Positions 26,886 through 40,626 of a DNA stretch of 64,000 nucleotides are shown in pieces. The stretch's first letter is position 1; the number at the start of each line of letters is the position of its first letter. The position numbers were made by a program, and so were the translations under genes. The notes under the pieces are model-generated. The model had not been told where the DNA came from. It saw nothing but the letters and a program-made list of their open reading frames with translations, and ran no database searches. Source of the DNA: Eledone cirrhosa (taxonomy: Eukaryota); assembly GCA_964016885.1 (NCBI GenBank), contig OZ024741.1:220348001-220412000 (forward strand), given 5' to 3'.

Positions 26886-27080
26886 AAATCCTGGTGTATT
26901 TATTGGCATTGGATTTTAAAAACAAAAATATAATCTATATGAAAGTGAGGCTGGAAAAGGAAGAAGGAAAGGAAAAACATTTGTTCCCTTTTTTAATTAT
27001 TTCTTTAATTTATTATTTGTCGTATTCACAACTTTTTATTTTTATTTTTATTTTTATTTTTATTTTTATTTTTATTTTTA

Positions 27081-27111
<31 letters not shown>

Positions 27112-27255
27112 TTTATTTTTATTTTTATTTTTATATATACAATATTTAGGTTTTTTATATATATATTATTTGTTCTTTCTTATATATATATATAATTATT
27201 TGTGTGTGTGTGTGTATGTATGTATGCATACGTATGTCTATGTATACGTGTGTGT

Positions 27256-27323
<68 letters not shown>

Positions 27324-28007
27324 GTATATATGTGTATATATATATATATATATTTTAGAGTTAAACAAGGTTCCTATGAATACATCTAAGAATGAGTTTT
27401 ACACACATCCATATGTGTGTGTTTGTATTTGTATGTGTTTGTGATATGTATATATATGTATGTGTTTGTATGTATGGATATGTATGTATGTATATATATA
27501 TATATGTATGTGTGTGTATATATGTATATGTGTGTGTATATGTGTAATCGTATGTATGTGTATATGTATTTGTATATGTACGTGTATGTGTGAGAGTGTG
27601 TGTATGTATTTATTTTTACGTATGTATGTGTACGTGCAATTGTGTGTATTGCTTACTACGTGTGTTTGTTCATTTATTTGTTGCCTGTATCGCTGTCAAC
27701 ACTATAATAATCTTTATATTCATTTTTATTCTTATGTGACGGTATTTTTATTATTATATATTTGTTCTTATATTTATTTGTGTGTGTGAGTATGTAAGTG
27801 TGTGTACATATTTCTATATTTGTGCATGCGTATGTATGCGTGTATATATGTGTGTGTGTATGTGTATGTATGTACGTGTGTATATATGTATGGTTGTGTG
27901 TATGTATGTATGTATGTGTATGTATATATGTATGTATATCTATGTGTATATATATATAGATATATACGATATTAAACAAATGGAAACTATATTTATAAAA
28001 CCATATT

Positions 28008-28073
28008 TATTTCATTATACATATTTCAGGGATACCATATTAAAAATATGGCATGCCTTCTTCAGATAAAATA
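28008..28073 (-). ncRNA. Type I hammerhead, family A (single arm, element ~27965-28150)
   Basis: tattttat-CTGAAGA-aggcatgccatatttttaatatggtatccct-GAAA-tatgtaTA-atgaaata. Confidence 0.75.
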
Positions 28074-28151
28074 CAATATATAAGCAGTTTTATAAATAAA
28101 TTTGACGTACCATAAATATTTTTCAACTTCCATTTAAAAAAGTTGGTTTGG

Positions 28152-28187
<36 letters not shown>

Positions 28188-28419
28188 ATATATATGTATG
28201 TATGGCTCCAGACAGACTTGAACCCTATGATGGACAGGTATCCAGTCCAAGAGAGGTCTCGTATTCTCCGTCATTTCACGCCACAGAGTCCGAGATAAAC
28301 ATAGACCTGGTGATCCTCCGGGCTCCAGGCAGACTTTAGACTGCTATAACGAGCTTGAGATATTTGATTGATATAACAAGAAAATTTCTCCACCACATTC
28401 TATTTATTATTTTACGAAA

Positions 28420-28792
28420 GGGCAGTGGGTTGGAAGTACCGGTAGAGGGTTGACGCCATGGTTTGCAGCATAGAGTTACGGCCCTTGCCATTCTGAGTTC
28501 AAATCCTGCCGAGGTTAGCGTTGCCCTTCATCCTTAAGAGGTCGTAAAATAAAGTACCAGTAATGTACTGGATAATTGCTGGCCTTGTGCAAAAACTAGA
28601 AACAATTATTTTACGAAAGGGCTGTGGATTGGCAGTATCGGTAGAAGATGAGACGCCATGCTTTGCAGCATAGAGTATGGCCCTCTATGATCTGCGTTCA
28701 AATCCTGCCGAGGTTATCTTTCCCTTTCATCCTTTCATCGACTTTCCCCTCCCCCAAAATTGCTGGCCTTGTGCCGATATAACAAACCATTA
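28420..28792 (+). mobile_element. Two tandem family-1 SINE copies
   Basis: A/B boxes and core repeated at ~28420 and ~28619. Confidence 0.8.
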
Positions 28793-29578
28793 TTTTTCGA
28801 AAGGACATATTCGAGGATGTGATATTTGGTTCATTGCACCTTGAAAAAATGCCGGATGCTACCTGCTGAAAATGCAGGTGGTATGACAGGTTTATTATAA
28901 TCCTACCTAAATCGACGACAATGACCTTGTTTACAGTTGATAAAGCGTCAAAACACTCACTTGAGTGGGGGTTTCTTCTCTGAAGACCTTCTGATGTCCA
29001 CCTCTCCAGAAAGTTTCTTACCCGCAATGTAAATAACTCCCATGTGTAGTTAATCCATCTTATTTTTATAATCAGTGCAATTATATAATGTCTATATCCT
29101 GTATAACGTACAATATAGCATCTTCATATGTTTTCCCGTGTATGAGATTAAGTAAAAAAGAGACTTTTGGCTGTTATTACTAGGAGGGATATTGTTCACG
29201 TAGAAGCTTTCTGGTATATACGAAAATTAGTATGGTGTTGTTCAATGTTTTAGCTCACGACAACGCTATACTTCACATATTAGATGCAACTTCCGTTTAA
29301 AATAGCGACAGCGCAATACATCACGCATTGCATATAACATTCGATTTAACATTTTACTTGCAGTGAGCCATCTAACATCTAACAAAGTCAATAATTGATG
29401 ACTAGATGACATACTCTCCTACTAAACTATGAAATACCCGGGTATTTTAGGTAGATTTTCGCTCTGACTAGTAAGTAAATGAATGACATTACACCTACGA
29501 GAATGTCTCTGCCGCTGACTGACTATATTTTAAATAGATTGTGTTACTAACCTGCCGAGTCTGCCATTAAAACTATCT

Positions 29579-29650
<72 letters not shown>

Positions 29651-29652
29651 CG

Positions 29653-29703
<51 letters not shown>

Positions 29704-29960
29704 ATATATATACATATACACATATATTTACATATATATACACATATACATATATATATATATACACACATATACATATATATATATATATACATATATA
29801 CACACACACATATATATATATTTGAAAAACGAGGTATGGTTCAACACAAATCAAAAATGTTAGGAAAAAGTAAAAAAGCACAAACGTAATATATATATAT
29901 GTATATAAATAAAAAATCTTTAAATATACCCCTGTGCTTCTTTAACTTTTACATTTAACC

Positions 29961-30031
<71 letters not shown>

Positions 30032-30954
30032 GTATACTAATGTTTATTTTATTCAACCATAAATATACCTAAACATACACTGACATATACATACATACAG
30101 GTACAGCAACATACGTACATACACAAACACTTATATGCACACATTTATACATACACAAACACACACACATATATATATATATATATATGTGTATGTGTGT
30201 GTGTGTGTGAGAGTGAGTGGGCGTGTGTGAGAGAGTGAGTGTGTGTGTGTGTGAGAGTATGTGTGTGTGTATACCAATACATGTTTGTGCATGTGTGTAA
30301 TTGAAAACTAATCTATGGCGTAGTCTTTACAAACTTTTATTTAAAAAGAATTTTCCTCATACCATATAATTCGTTTCTCGTCTCCTGACTCTTCAGAACA
30401 ATAAATTTTCTGAGTCTCTCAACATGAAGGAAGACTTTCATGCTCAAAACTTCAGGATAAAATGAATTGAACAGCGGTTTTTATTGCTGGCATCATTGTG
30501 AGATATTTAAACATTCTGATAGATCCCTCTTTCAATAGCCATTTCATCTGTCTTTCATTTTTGCAGGGCCGATAAAATATATAGAGGCACATGACCTAGT
30601 GGTAAGGGTGTTGGACTTACGGTCATAATATCATTGGTTCCATTCCTGGACTGGGTTGTGTGTTCTGTTCTTGAGCAAAACACTTCATTTCACTTTGCTC
30701 CAGTGTACTCAGCTGAAAATGAGCACCAGCTATAGAAGGAGGTTACGCCTGCGATCGACTGGTGTCCTGAACACGGGGAGCCTTGTACTCTCATTTTCAG
30801 AAAAAGCAACGGCTTGGTGAACTTTTGAGCTCGAAACAGACCTTGTACAACTAGGGTCGGTCTGTGTTAGCAATAGCAAACAAATCTCACTCACATCACA
30901 TCCACCGTTTGTAAGCAAATTGCTAGGGCTTGTTTGTGTATATATATATATATA

Positions 30955-31086
30955 TATTAGGATTGGTGCTCTGAAATAGCGATGTATACATGAATGTATG
31001 TATACTATATTTAGCAATATACCGTATGTTGAATTAAAAACATACATTCATGTATACATCGGTATTTCAGAGCACCAATCCTAATA
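30955..31086. repeat. Inverted repeat (~46-bp arms) adjacent to (TA)n
   Basis: tattaggattggtgctctgaaata...tatttcagagcaccaatcctaata. Confidence 0.8.
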
Positions 31087-31196
31087 CCTAATTTTTGCTG
31101 GACTGGCAATCGCTCTGTATAATCAGCGCCTGATTATTACTAGAATTGTATAAGAATCTAGCTTCTATAATTTTCAGTGGAAGCAGGGGATTACGT

Positions 31197-31238
31197 GGCT
31201 CTGATGATCGCCAAACAGCGTGAAACAGACTATCAGCT
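31197..31238 (+). ncRNA. Type I hammerhead, family K
   Basis: ggct-CTGATGA-t-cgc(caaaca)gcg-t-GAAA-cagacta-TC-agct; flanks could extend stem I (gaagcagggga / tctctaccttc). Confidence 0.7.
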
Positions 31239-31265
31239 TCTCTACCTTCTTTCGCCGAAAATACT

Positions 31266-31341
<76 letters not shown>

Positions 31342-31344
31342 TAT

Positions 31345-31384
<40 letters not shown>

Positions 31385-31387
31385 TAT

Positions 31388-31427
<40 letters not shown>

Positions 31428-31553
31428 CTAAGCTGTCTGAACGTAATGTTATTACTCTGGTGTCTTACCTCATCTGAGTGCTCAAGCTACAGACCGATTA
31501 TGCATATACGCTAGCTTGGCCGTATTCTAAAGCTTCGTCAAATCTGTACTAAA

Positions 31554-31600
<47 letters not shown>

Positions 31601-31655
31601 TATAAAGTAAGAAGAAATATTAGACATAAATAAATACTTATTTTTTCTTCAAATT

Positions 31656-31737
31656 CCCGACTGTACAGTTTCGTGGCTGCAAAAATCCTACATCATAGAG
31701 ATGTAACATTTTTGTGAGGTAGGCCAACATTTCAAGG
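31656..31737 (-). ncRNA. Hammerhead-like motif, variant or decayed core (family N)
   Basis: cc-TTGAAAT-gttggc...gccac-GAAA-CTGtaCAG-TC-ggg; A9 is replaced. Confidence 0.45.
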
Positions 31738-31888
31738 CGAAGAACAATTTCGAACAGGTCTGCATCGCGCGAGACAACAAAACTGGTTAAGGTCGACAAC
31801 ACACAATCTCACATACTTGTGAAAAAAAATATATGTGTATATATGCATGTAAATGTATGTACACACATATAATTGTGTACCTCTCATT

Positions 31889-31934
<46 letters not shown>

Positions 31935-31937
<3 letters not shown>

Positions 31938-32087
31938 TCATCATCATCATTCGTCGACTACTGTCGAGATGATGGATCTCACTCTCATGCCCAGAATTCC
32001 CTGTCCCCCATTGCTTCCCCCAGGTCCTGTCTACTGATTCCCGTATCCCTAGAGATAACGTCAGGGAATGACAGCTTCCTACTCCTA

Positions 32088-32088
<1 letters not shown>
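31935..32088 (-). mobile_element. RTE-like LINE 3' end with (GAT)n tail
   Basis: RKLSFPDVISRDTGISRQDLGEAMGDREFW then (gat)n; a similar remnant lies at 34155-34242(-) (MAAIMRDRDHWRELV). Confidence 0.55.
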
Positions 32089-32155
<67 letters not shown>

Positions 32156-32732
32156 TATATATATATACACACACACACCAAACCACTTCACAGTTTTTAT
32201 CTACCAAATGTGAAGTTACAAGTCATTGATCAATACGAGGCTGTATCAGAAGGCAGCTGTTCACCGTGTCACACAGTGGGATTGAAACAGCTACCACTTG
32301 GTTATAAAGGGAACTTATTGACCACCCAGGTAGACATGCGCTTCTAAAACGATATATCTCTTTATTATGTAGTTGATAGGCAGAAAACGGTTTTTGATTC
32401 AGGCAGAAGCCCAAAAGTTGGGAGGTTTGGGGGCGGGGGCGCGATTTAATCGACCCAGTGTATTACGGTGCATGGCTTAGTGGTTAGAACATTGGGTTTA
32501 CAATCGAAAGGTTGTGAGTTCAATTCTCGGACCTGGTGCTGTGTTGTTTCCTTGAGCAAGACACTTTATTTCACGTTCCACCAGTTTACTCAGCTGTAGA
32601 AATGAGGGTGATAGGACTGGGGTCCCTATCATTAAATTACCCAAGACACCTAAAGCGAGAGATACCTTGGAGGAGGCCAGCTAAACCTGCATAGGTGTGA
32701 GCTGTAACAACAACAACAACAACAACACTGTA

Positions 32733-32878
32733 TTACTGGTACTTTATTTGATCGACCTCGTAAGGATCAAAAGCAAAGATAACCTCGGCAGGTTTTGAAC
32801 TCAGAACGTAAAATGACGTAGCTCTATGCCACAAAAGACGTTTGACCATCGCTCTACCGATTCTGCCAATCCACCAAC
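32733..32878 (-). mobile_element. Family-1 SINE
   Basis: Reverse complement of the family-1 head and core. Confidence 0.75.
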
Positions 32879-33893
32879 CATGGAGTAAATAACAACAATA
32901 ACAAGAACAAGAGCATAAATAAATTAGCAGCGTAGAATAAACGTTAATTAACAAGATATTGAAATAATTTAGTTGATCAAATTATAATATAACAATAGAG
33001 ATACTAATTCAACATATACGGGACGTCGATTAGAAAGAATAAGAGAGTATTGATTAGACGAAGGAGATGCATTATGGCGATAAAATGGATGAATACCAAG
33101 CCAGAAAACTCATTAAGAAGAACACAACACGGATTGGACACAGCCAAGAATATAAAATATTGAAAAGAAAAACGAAGAGAAAAAAGAAAAGAAAAGAAAA
33201 CGAAAAATTAAAAAAAGAAAAAATGAGAAAAAGAAAATAATGGAAAAAGAAGAAAAAAGGAAAAAAAAAAGAAGAAAAATAGAAAAATCGTAAAACAAGC
33301 AAAAAAGCGACTCATTAACAGAGAATCAATAAAAAAAATATGAATCCACAAGAAGTTACCAGGCTTCAAGCAGTCCTTATAATTCGCAGACGACCAATGT
33401 AATTTATAAATTATATCTATTTTTTCTTTTGTATGATAAATGACGTCTCTCAGTGCCGAGCTTCAAAGTGGTTGCTCGAAGTACAAGAAATAGCAGCCAA
33501 ACTTCCTCTTAAAGAAGAAGTATCTAGGTATGGACCCATAACTTCCGAGTGAGTCGTATGGACATATGGTGTTTCTAGGTGGGGAGGGGGGAGGGGGTAA
33601 ACCTGGAGGATCCCATCTCTGTTGTGTTCTCATTTCTGTGTAAGTAGGTAACTGTAAATATTTAAAGATTTGTATACTTGAATAATCTAATATTTTCCAT
33701 CCATCTTATCTTTTAATAAAATGCCAGTGATGTACTGGTGCTTCTTATAATTTAAAAGAGGAACATAAAAAAAAAATTGCTGACTTTATGCTTAAATTAG
33801 AAACCACTGTTAGTATCATTGGTGTATTAACAGAACGCTGCTTATCACGTGTTGCAGACTTTTACCATGTATTCTTATGTAGATATATATATA

Positions 33894-33973
33894 CACGATG
33901 TCCCCCCAAAATGTATACACACTTTGATGAGAATGCTGTTGAAGTGTGTATACAGTTTCGGGGGGACACTCTG
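33894..33973. mobile_element. 80-bp Tc1/mariner-type MITE
   Basis: TA|CACGATGTCCCCCCAAAATGTATACACACTT...AAGTGTGTATACAGTTTCGGGGGGACACTCTG|TA; ~30-bp TIRs, TA TSD; related end at ~57333. Confidence 0.7.
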
Positions 33974-34023
33974 TATATATGTCTATATGTGTACAGCTAG
34001 CTCTCGCTCTCTTTCTCTCTCTT

Positions 34024-34109
<86 letters not shown>

Positions 34110-34241
34110 TCTCTTTCTCTCTCTCTCTTTCTCTATCTATCTATATATATATCTAGGGCGGGTAAAATTCCCCAGATCCATGGACGAGTTCTCTCCAGTG
34201 GTCTCTGTCCCTCATTATCGCTGCCATATCCTGCGTCTCCA

Positions 34242-34441
<200 letters not shown>

Positions 34442-35206
34442 TGTGTGCGTGTGTATATATATATATGTGTGTGCGTGTATATATATGCAACAATACAAAC
34501 CATGAAACATGTCTGACAATGTATTTAGCTGACGTTAAAATCATTCTTTTCTTATCTCCCTTTGTGTTCTGCGACAGACGTTATTGTTCAATGTCTCACA
34601 TAGACATTAGAAACTTCATATTGATAAGCAGAGAAGTGTTTATTTTCTGGCTTTCTTTTTATGTTGTTCCATTGATGATTATTATATTCAGAATATCTAA
34701 CATTATTTTAATTCTAATATATACTCATGAATATACCATATTATATATTTATAATATTCTCTGTCTCACTCTTTATGCGTGTATATATATATTTATATTA
34801 TATATAAAGCATATTTATATTTTATATGAATATATTATATATATACAAATAATGTATATGTATGATATATACATTATATATAGTATATATATATACTGTA
34901 TATATATATATAAATGAAAAGTATACAAATTATTGTAGCAAGAAGCCAACAGTATTCTATAATATATATATACTGTATATATATAAATATACATACATAT
35001 AAATATATGTGTATGTATATATATATATATAACTGTTACAAGGTATAATCGACCTCACCATCTCAGTAACAATACTGAACAACGTTAAAAACATTAAGAC
35101 ATGATTAATAATCGTGAAATCAGTCTTTTTGTCTACATTTCCTTTAATTTGGCTTTATTTCTTGTAATAGTAAGTTTTTAGACATTTTAGTTTTACTATA
35201 AAAGCA

Positions 35207-35260
<54 letters not shown>

Positions 35261-35333
35261 TTATCTCACTCTCTCTCTCTCTCTCTATTTCTATCTCCTT
35301 CTCTCTCTCGCACTCTATCTCACTCTCTCTCCA

Positions 35334-35391
<58 letters not shown>

Positions 35392-35770
35392 GGGGGGGAC
35401 GTGTGTGTGCATGAGTGTACATATACACATATGTATATGTGTAAGCAGTATAGATTATATACATACCAAATATTATTTTCCTAGTTTTATGTATTTCATT
35501 AATAATATATATATACACACACATACACACACATATACACACACACACATATAGATTTATGTGTGTGTGTATGTGTGTGTATGTGTGTGTGTATGTGTGT
35601 GTATATGTGTTTGTGTTTAAGTGTGTATTTTTGTATATATATATATTTATATATTTGGTATAAATGTATAAAGGTATATATATATATATATGTATATAAT
35701 GGAGAAATTTGAACAGGGACAAAACAGAGAGGCAGTACAATAAATGTTTATTAATTTCACGCTCAGGAGA

Positions 35771-35840
<70 letters not shown>

Positions 35841-36202
35841 GTATATAAATGTGTGTTAGCAGTCCCATCTACACAGCTTGATTCAGAGTAGAGGAGACAT
35901 ACACTATTCTGACGTATAATAACTATGCATATATCTCCTTATGTGTATCTTAAGATGGTGTTTATGTCACTCTTACCTTATACATACATGCACACGAAAG
36001 CTCTTTACTACCATGTAAGTGAACGTCAATGAAGACGTTTAAAGATCTTGAAATATTAGCATGTGGCTTTGCCACACAGTTACTGAGGCAGCTGTGATAT
36101 CTCCACACCAAAACTGATATAAGTTTATTATGCATCAGCATTCTGTATAAGTGTATAAGCATCTATAATCGTCATTTTATATAAATCATATATATATATA
36201 TA

Positions 36203-36643
36203 TGGAGGAGGTTATAGTTCACTTGAAGCATTGTGTAATGAGGTATAAACGTTTGAATATGTATAATAAAGCCAAAACAATGCAGGTATGGACATAGAAA
36301 AAAGAATGCAATTGCAAAAGATATTGTTGATAAATCGTCTTTTACCTTAGATTTATTTAAATGTCCTTAATTTTCGAGATAATATCTCTTCTTCAAAGGG
36401 AAATAAAGGTCTCAAACCAGCGTTCTAAATATCTTACGTAAGATATTATGTAAGATATTTAGAACGGTGGTTTGAGACCTTTATTTCCCTTTGAAGAAGA
36501 GATATTATCTCGAAAATTAAGGACATTTAAATAAATCTAAGGTAAAAGACGATTTATCAACAATATCTTTTGCAATTGCATTCTTTTTTCTATGTCCATA
36601 CCTGCATTGTTTTGGCTTTATTATACATATTCAAACGTTTATA
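36203..36643. mobile_element. ~400-bp palindrome plus 40-nt tail in (TA)n, family M, with a minimal HHR-like motif in each arm
   Basis: Arms 36244-36437/36450-36643; cct-TTGAAGA-a-gagat(att)atctc-GAAA-AT-TA-agg at 36488-36522(+) and 36365-36399(-). Confidence 0.75.
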
Positions 36644-36660
36644 TATATATATATATATAT

Positions 36661-36893
36661 ATGATATTAATAAATAGAAACTATATTTATTAAACCATAT
36701 TTATGCTATTATATATATTTCAAGGGTACCAAAACTTTGGTACGCCTTCATCAAATAAAATACAAAGTTTGTTTTATAAATATTGACATATCCAGGAAGG
36801 AGATCTTAACGGTTCAAGTTTTTCCTGTCCAGGAAAAACTTGAACCGTTAAGATCTCCTTCCTGGATATGTCAATATTTATAAAACAAACTTT
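36661..36893. mobile_element. Family A element with a 130-bp internal palindrome and a C3U hammerhead (36702-36762, -)
   Basis: Homologous to 49230-49567; palindrome 36764-36893; core TTGATGA. Confidence 0.75.
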
Positions 36894-36971
36894 AAAACAT
36901 CCATAAAATGACAATGTTATATATCGATAATCAGATAAGTAGATAAGGTTTGTGGCATTTACTACATATAA

Positions 36972-37052
<81 letters not shown>

Positions 37053-37194
37053 TATCAATATATATATATAGATATATATATATATATATATACATATACT
37101 AGTGTATATATATATATATAAGGATTTTTTTGGATTTTTTTCCTTGATATTTCTGCTTTTTCTTGTTTTGACTGCATGCCCATATATGGTCTGT

Positions 37195-37292
37195 ACCCCT
37201 TGATAAGTTCAACTAGATTCCCACCGTTCTAATACTGCTGGCTTTTAGTTCGGATCTAGCTGTCGAAACGGCCGGAGCTCAGCCGTCGGGGT
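37195..37292 (+). ncRNA. Complete type I hammerhead, family B, U3:A8 variant, GUC site
   Basis: acccc-TTGATAA-gttcaactagattc...ggatctagctgtc-GAAA-CGGC(cggagctca)GCCG-TC-ggggt; element ~37120-37381. Confidence 0.75.
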
Positions 37293-37378
37293 CCTGACTA
37301 TTTTCCCACTATACTACCCTTAGTATCGAGAGCTCTGGTGCGTTATGTTCCACCTAATATCTTACCACACCTTCTTTG

Positions 37379-37467
<89 letters not shown>

Positions 37468-37492
37468 TGTAATAAACAACATAAGATAATTA

Positions 37493-37565
37493 TTTCATTT
37501 ACCAAAGGTTTCACGAAGACAGACGAGCCTGACACAGACGTCTGACTTCGGTCGTCAGAATGAAA
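37493..37565 (-). ncRNA. Complete type I hammerhead, family G
   Basis: tttcatt-CTGACGA-c-cgaagtcagacg...cgtctgtcttcg-t-GAAA-CCtttGG-TA-aatgaaa (7-bp stem I). Confidence 0.85.
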
Positions 37566-37620
37566 ATTTGGATTTCAAAACAAAATCTAGAACAATTGAA
37601 AGCGAGGCTAAAAAAGAGAT

Positions 37621-39992
37621 AACGGACCTTCACAGAGTCTCATGAGCTGTTAGTCCAACTTTACAATGAAATAGTTAAGGAGCCAGAAAAGATACCTTCA
37701 TGGCTAGTTAACGGCATTACATTCCTGATTCCGAAGAATGATGAGACAAACAATCCCAAAAATTACAGACCGATAACTTGCTTGATCACAATGTATAAAC
37801 TTTTAACATCAGTCCTAACTGAATACACATATGACCACCTGATAACAAATGACCTATTTCCCATTGAGCAGAAAGGGTGTAAACGAGGCTCATATGGCTG
37901 TAAGGATCAGCTTCTGGTTAACAAAATGATACAGGAAGATTGTCATAATAGACACAAAAATCTATCGATTGCTTGGATAGATTATAAAAAAGCATTCGAT
38001 AGTTTGCCACACAGTTGGATTGAAAAATGTTTAGAGATTTTTAAAATATCCCCCGTTGTCAGGAGGTTTTTGTCATTCAGTATGAAGACATGGAAAACGA
38101 CACTCCTTTTGAATAGTGAAACAAAATCACTGGAAGATGGAGAAGTTAATATTAATTGTGGAATTTTTCAGGGTGACTCTTTATCAACGCTTTTATTCTG
38201 CATCACACTTATACCAGTAAGTAAAATGCTCAATGAAACAAAACATGGATATAAAGTCTATGACAAAACCATTAATCACCTGTTCTACATGGATGACCTG
38301 AAACTATTTGCAAAAAATGATGAACAATTGCAAGGGCTATTATCCACTGTGAAGCAGTTCAGTGATGACATTAAAATGGAGTTTGGACTAGATAAATGCG
38401 CCAAAGCAACGTTCACCAGAGGAAAGCTACTGAAGAGTTCAGGCATTAATCTTGATCGGAGGAACGTGATAAGAGAACTTGATCAAGAGGAAACTTACAA
38501 ATATCTAGGTGTTTGTGAAGGAGACGGAATCAAGCACTCGACAATGAGGGAGAGGATAAGGAAGGAATGTTACCGCAGAGTAAGAGCAATCTTAAGAACG
38601 GAATTGAATGCAAGGAATAGGATCGATGCCATAAACATGCTTGCCATACCAGTAGTAACCTACAGTTACAATGTCATCAACTGGTCAAGCACAGAGATCC
38701 GTAGGCTCGATACAAAAATTCGAAAATTCTTAACCATGCACAGAATGCATCACCCTAAGGCAGATATAGATAGAATATATCTCCCTAGGAAAGAAGGAGG
38801 ACGTGGGTTAATCCAGTTAGATATTGCGTTGAAAACTGCAACAATTGGATTATCTACATATCTAAGGGAATCACATGATTGGATGATCAAACTCGTTTTG
38901 AAACACGAAAGCATAAAAAGATCATATTCCATTACAAAAGATGCACAAAGATACAGTAATGGACTACAAATTTCAGAAGTCCCATTTACTGCTGAAATGG
39001 AAAACACAGAAAAAGCAAAGCAGGTAAAAGTAACTGCAAAGAAAGAACTGCTACAGAAACTGGCTAAGAAATGGCAAGAAAAGCCTCTGTATGGAAAATA
39101 CCCAGAGCGAGCTAACAATCCTGATGTTGACAAAACTTTAACCCATCAGTGGTTGGCATCCTCTGGACTGAAATCGGAGACTGAAGGACTGATTATATCG
39201 GCACAAGATCAGTGTCTGCCAACAAAAAAATTACCAAGCCAACATAATAAAAATTGGGTGCAGCCCATTATGCCGTGTATGCAAAAAATAACCAGAGACC
39301 ATTGACCATATAATTTCAATGTGCAGTCCTATAGCTCCAACCGAATACCTAAACAGGCATGACAGAGCTGCACAATACATACATTGGATAATGTGTAAGC
39401 ATTTTGACCTGCCCCATCAAAAGAATTGGTGGGAGCATCAACCACCTCCCATACTTGAAAAAGATCACATCTCAATCTTGTGGAACTTTAGCATCCAAAC
39501 AGACCGAAAAATAGATGCAAATAGACCTGATATAATACTGAAAGACTTTCAAAAGAGGATATGCCTGCTAATTGATATGTCTGTTCCAATAGACAACAAT
39601 GTATCTATAAAAACATTTGAAAAATTGAGCAAGTATAAGGACCTGGAGATAGAAATTGGAAAAATGTGGAAATTGAGAACTAAAACAATACCAGTGGTTG
39701 TAGGCGCTCTGGGAATGATACCTAAGGGGGCTAATGATTACTTATCGCAAATCCCAGGAAACCCGCGTATAGGAGAAATACAAAAGATAGTACTAATGGG
39801 AACTGCCCATATACTAAGGAAGATTCTGTCAATATAAGTACATCACAAGTCTAAACACTAAAGATGCATGTGTGAATATGTATGTTCTTTCTTGAACATG
39901 GCGGACCTTGTTGTCTCTTGAGGTCACTGGTTGTGACTTGGTGATAACTCGTATGAACATAAAGCAAGATAAATGCAACTGTAATAATAATA
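37621..39992 (+). mobile_element. 5'-truncated, nearly intact R4/Dong-like LINE (RT, CCHC, RLE)
   Basis: Frame is open from ~37623 (NYRPITCL, GIFQGDSLS, LFYMDDLKLF, YKYLG, RIYLPRKEGGRGL). One frameshift at the A-run near 39225; RHD, RPD, EKLSKY motifs; stop at 39837; (TAA)n tail. Confidence 0.93.
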
Positions 39993-40129
39993 ATATATGT
40001 AGAAATAAACACAGAAAATTGTGTGTCTAAAATTACGAAGGTAGAAGTACCACATTGGTTTGATAAATTTAACCTGAAGCAAACAGAAGATATAGAATAT
40101 ATATACAGACCGTCTCAATAACTATTTCA

Positions 40130-40216
40130 TCTCTCGGACAGATTAGAGATTTAATCTGTTTCGCCCTGAAAATTGTGTTTGTAACAGATAATCCGTAGGC
40201 TTTCCTCAGCGAGAGA
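40130..40216 (-). ncRNA. Complete type I hammerhead, family H, GUC site
   Basis: tctctcg-CTGAGGA-aa-gcct...gggc-GAAA-CAGATTA(aatctc)TAATCTG-TC-cgagaga; 7-bp stem I, 8-bp stem III. Confidence 0.85.
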
Positions 40217-40261
40217 CAAGATTAAATGGAACAAGCACTTAGCGTAAATCTGTATTTTATT

Positions 40262-40317
<56 letters not shown>

Positions 40318-40409
40318 TATATACATCCTTCCATTGTACCGATTGTGTTGTTATTTCTGTTTACCTTTTACACACACACACACATGTATATATATATAAA
40401 TATGCACAT

Positions 40410-40464
<55 letters not shown>

Positions 40465-40468
<4 letters not shown>

Positions 40469-40626
40469 AAAAAGTATGACCCCGACGGCAGAGCTCAAGC
40501 CGTTTCGACGGCTATTTCTGGACTGCCGTCGGGGTGGTACTTTTTCCTATTCCCACTCTACTACCCTAAGTATTGAGTACTCTGGTGCGTTATGGTCCAT
40601 CTGGTTCCTTACCACATTTCCTTTTT
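40465..40626. mobile_element. Family B inverted remnant plus tail
   Basis: Homologous to 2104-2314. Further family B pieces at 42683-42733, 57118-57230, 57768-57909(-), 58468-58514(-). Confidence 0.75.

Noticed and set aside
28836-28880. cacc-TTGAAAA...GAAA-atgca-ggtg hammerhead-like string
   Set aside because: U16.1 is missing and stem II is weak; an alternative hairpin explains the pairing.
29020-29105. Possible - strand exon (AG...G|GTAAGA)
   Set aside because: Weak polypyrimidine tract, unrecognisable peptide and no partner exons.
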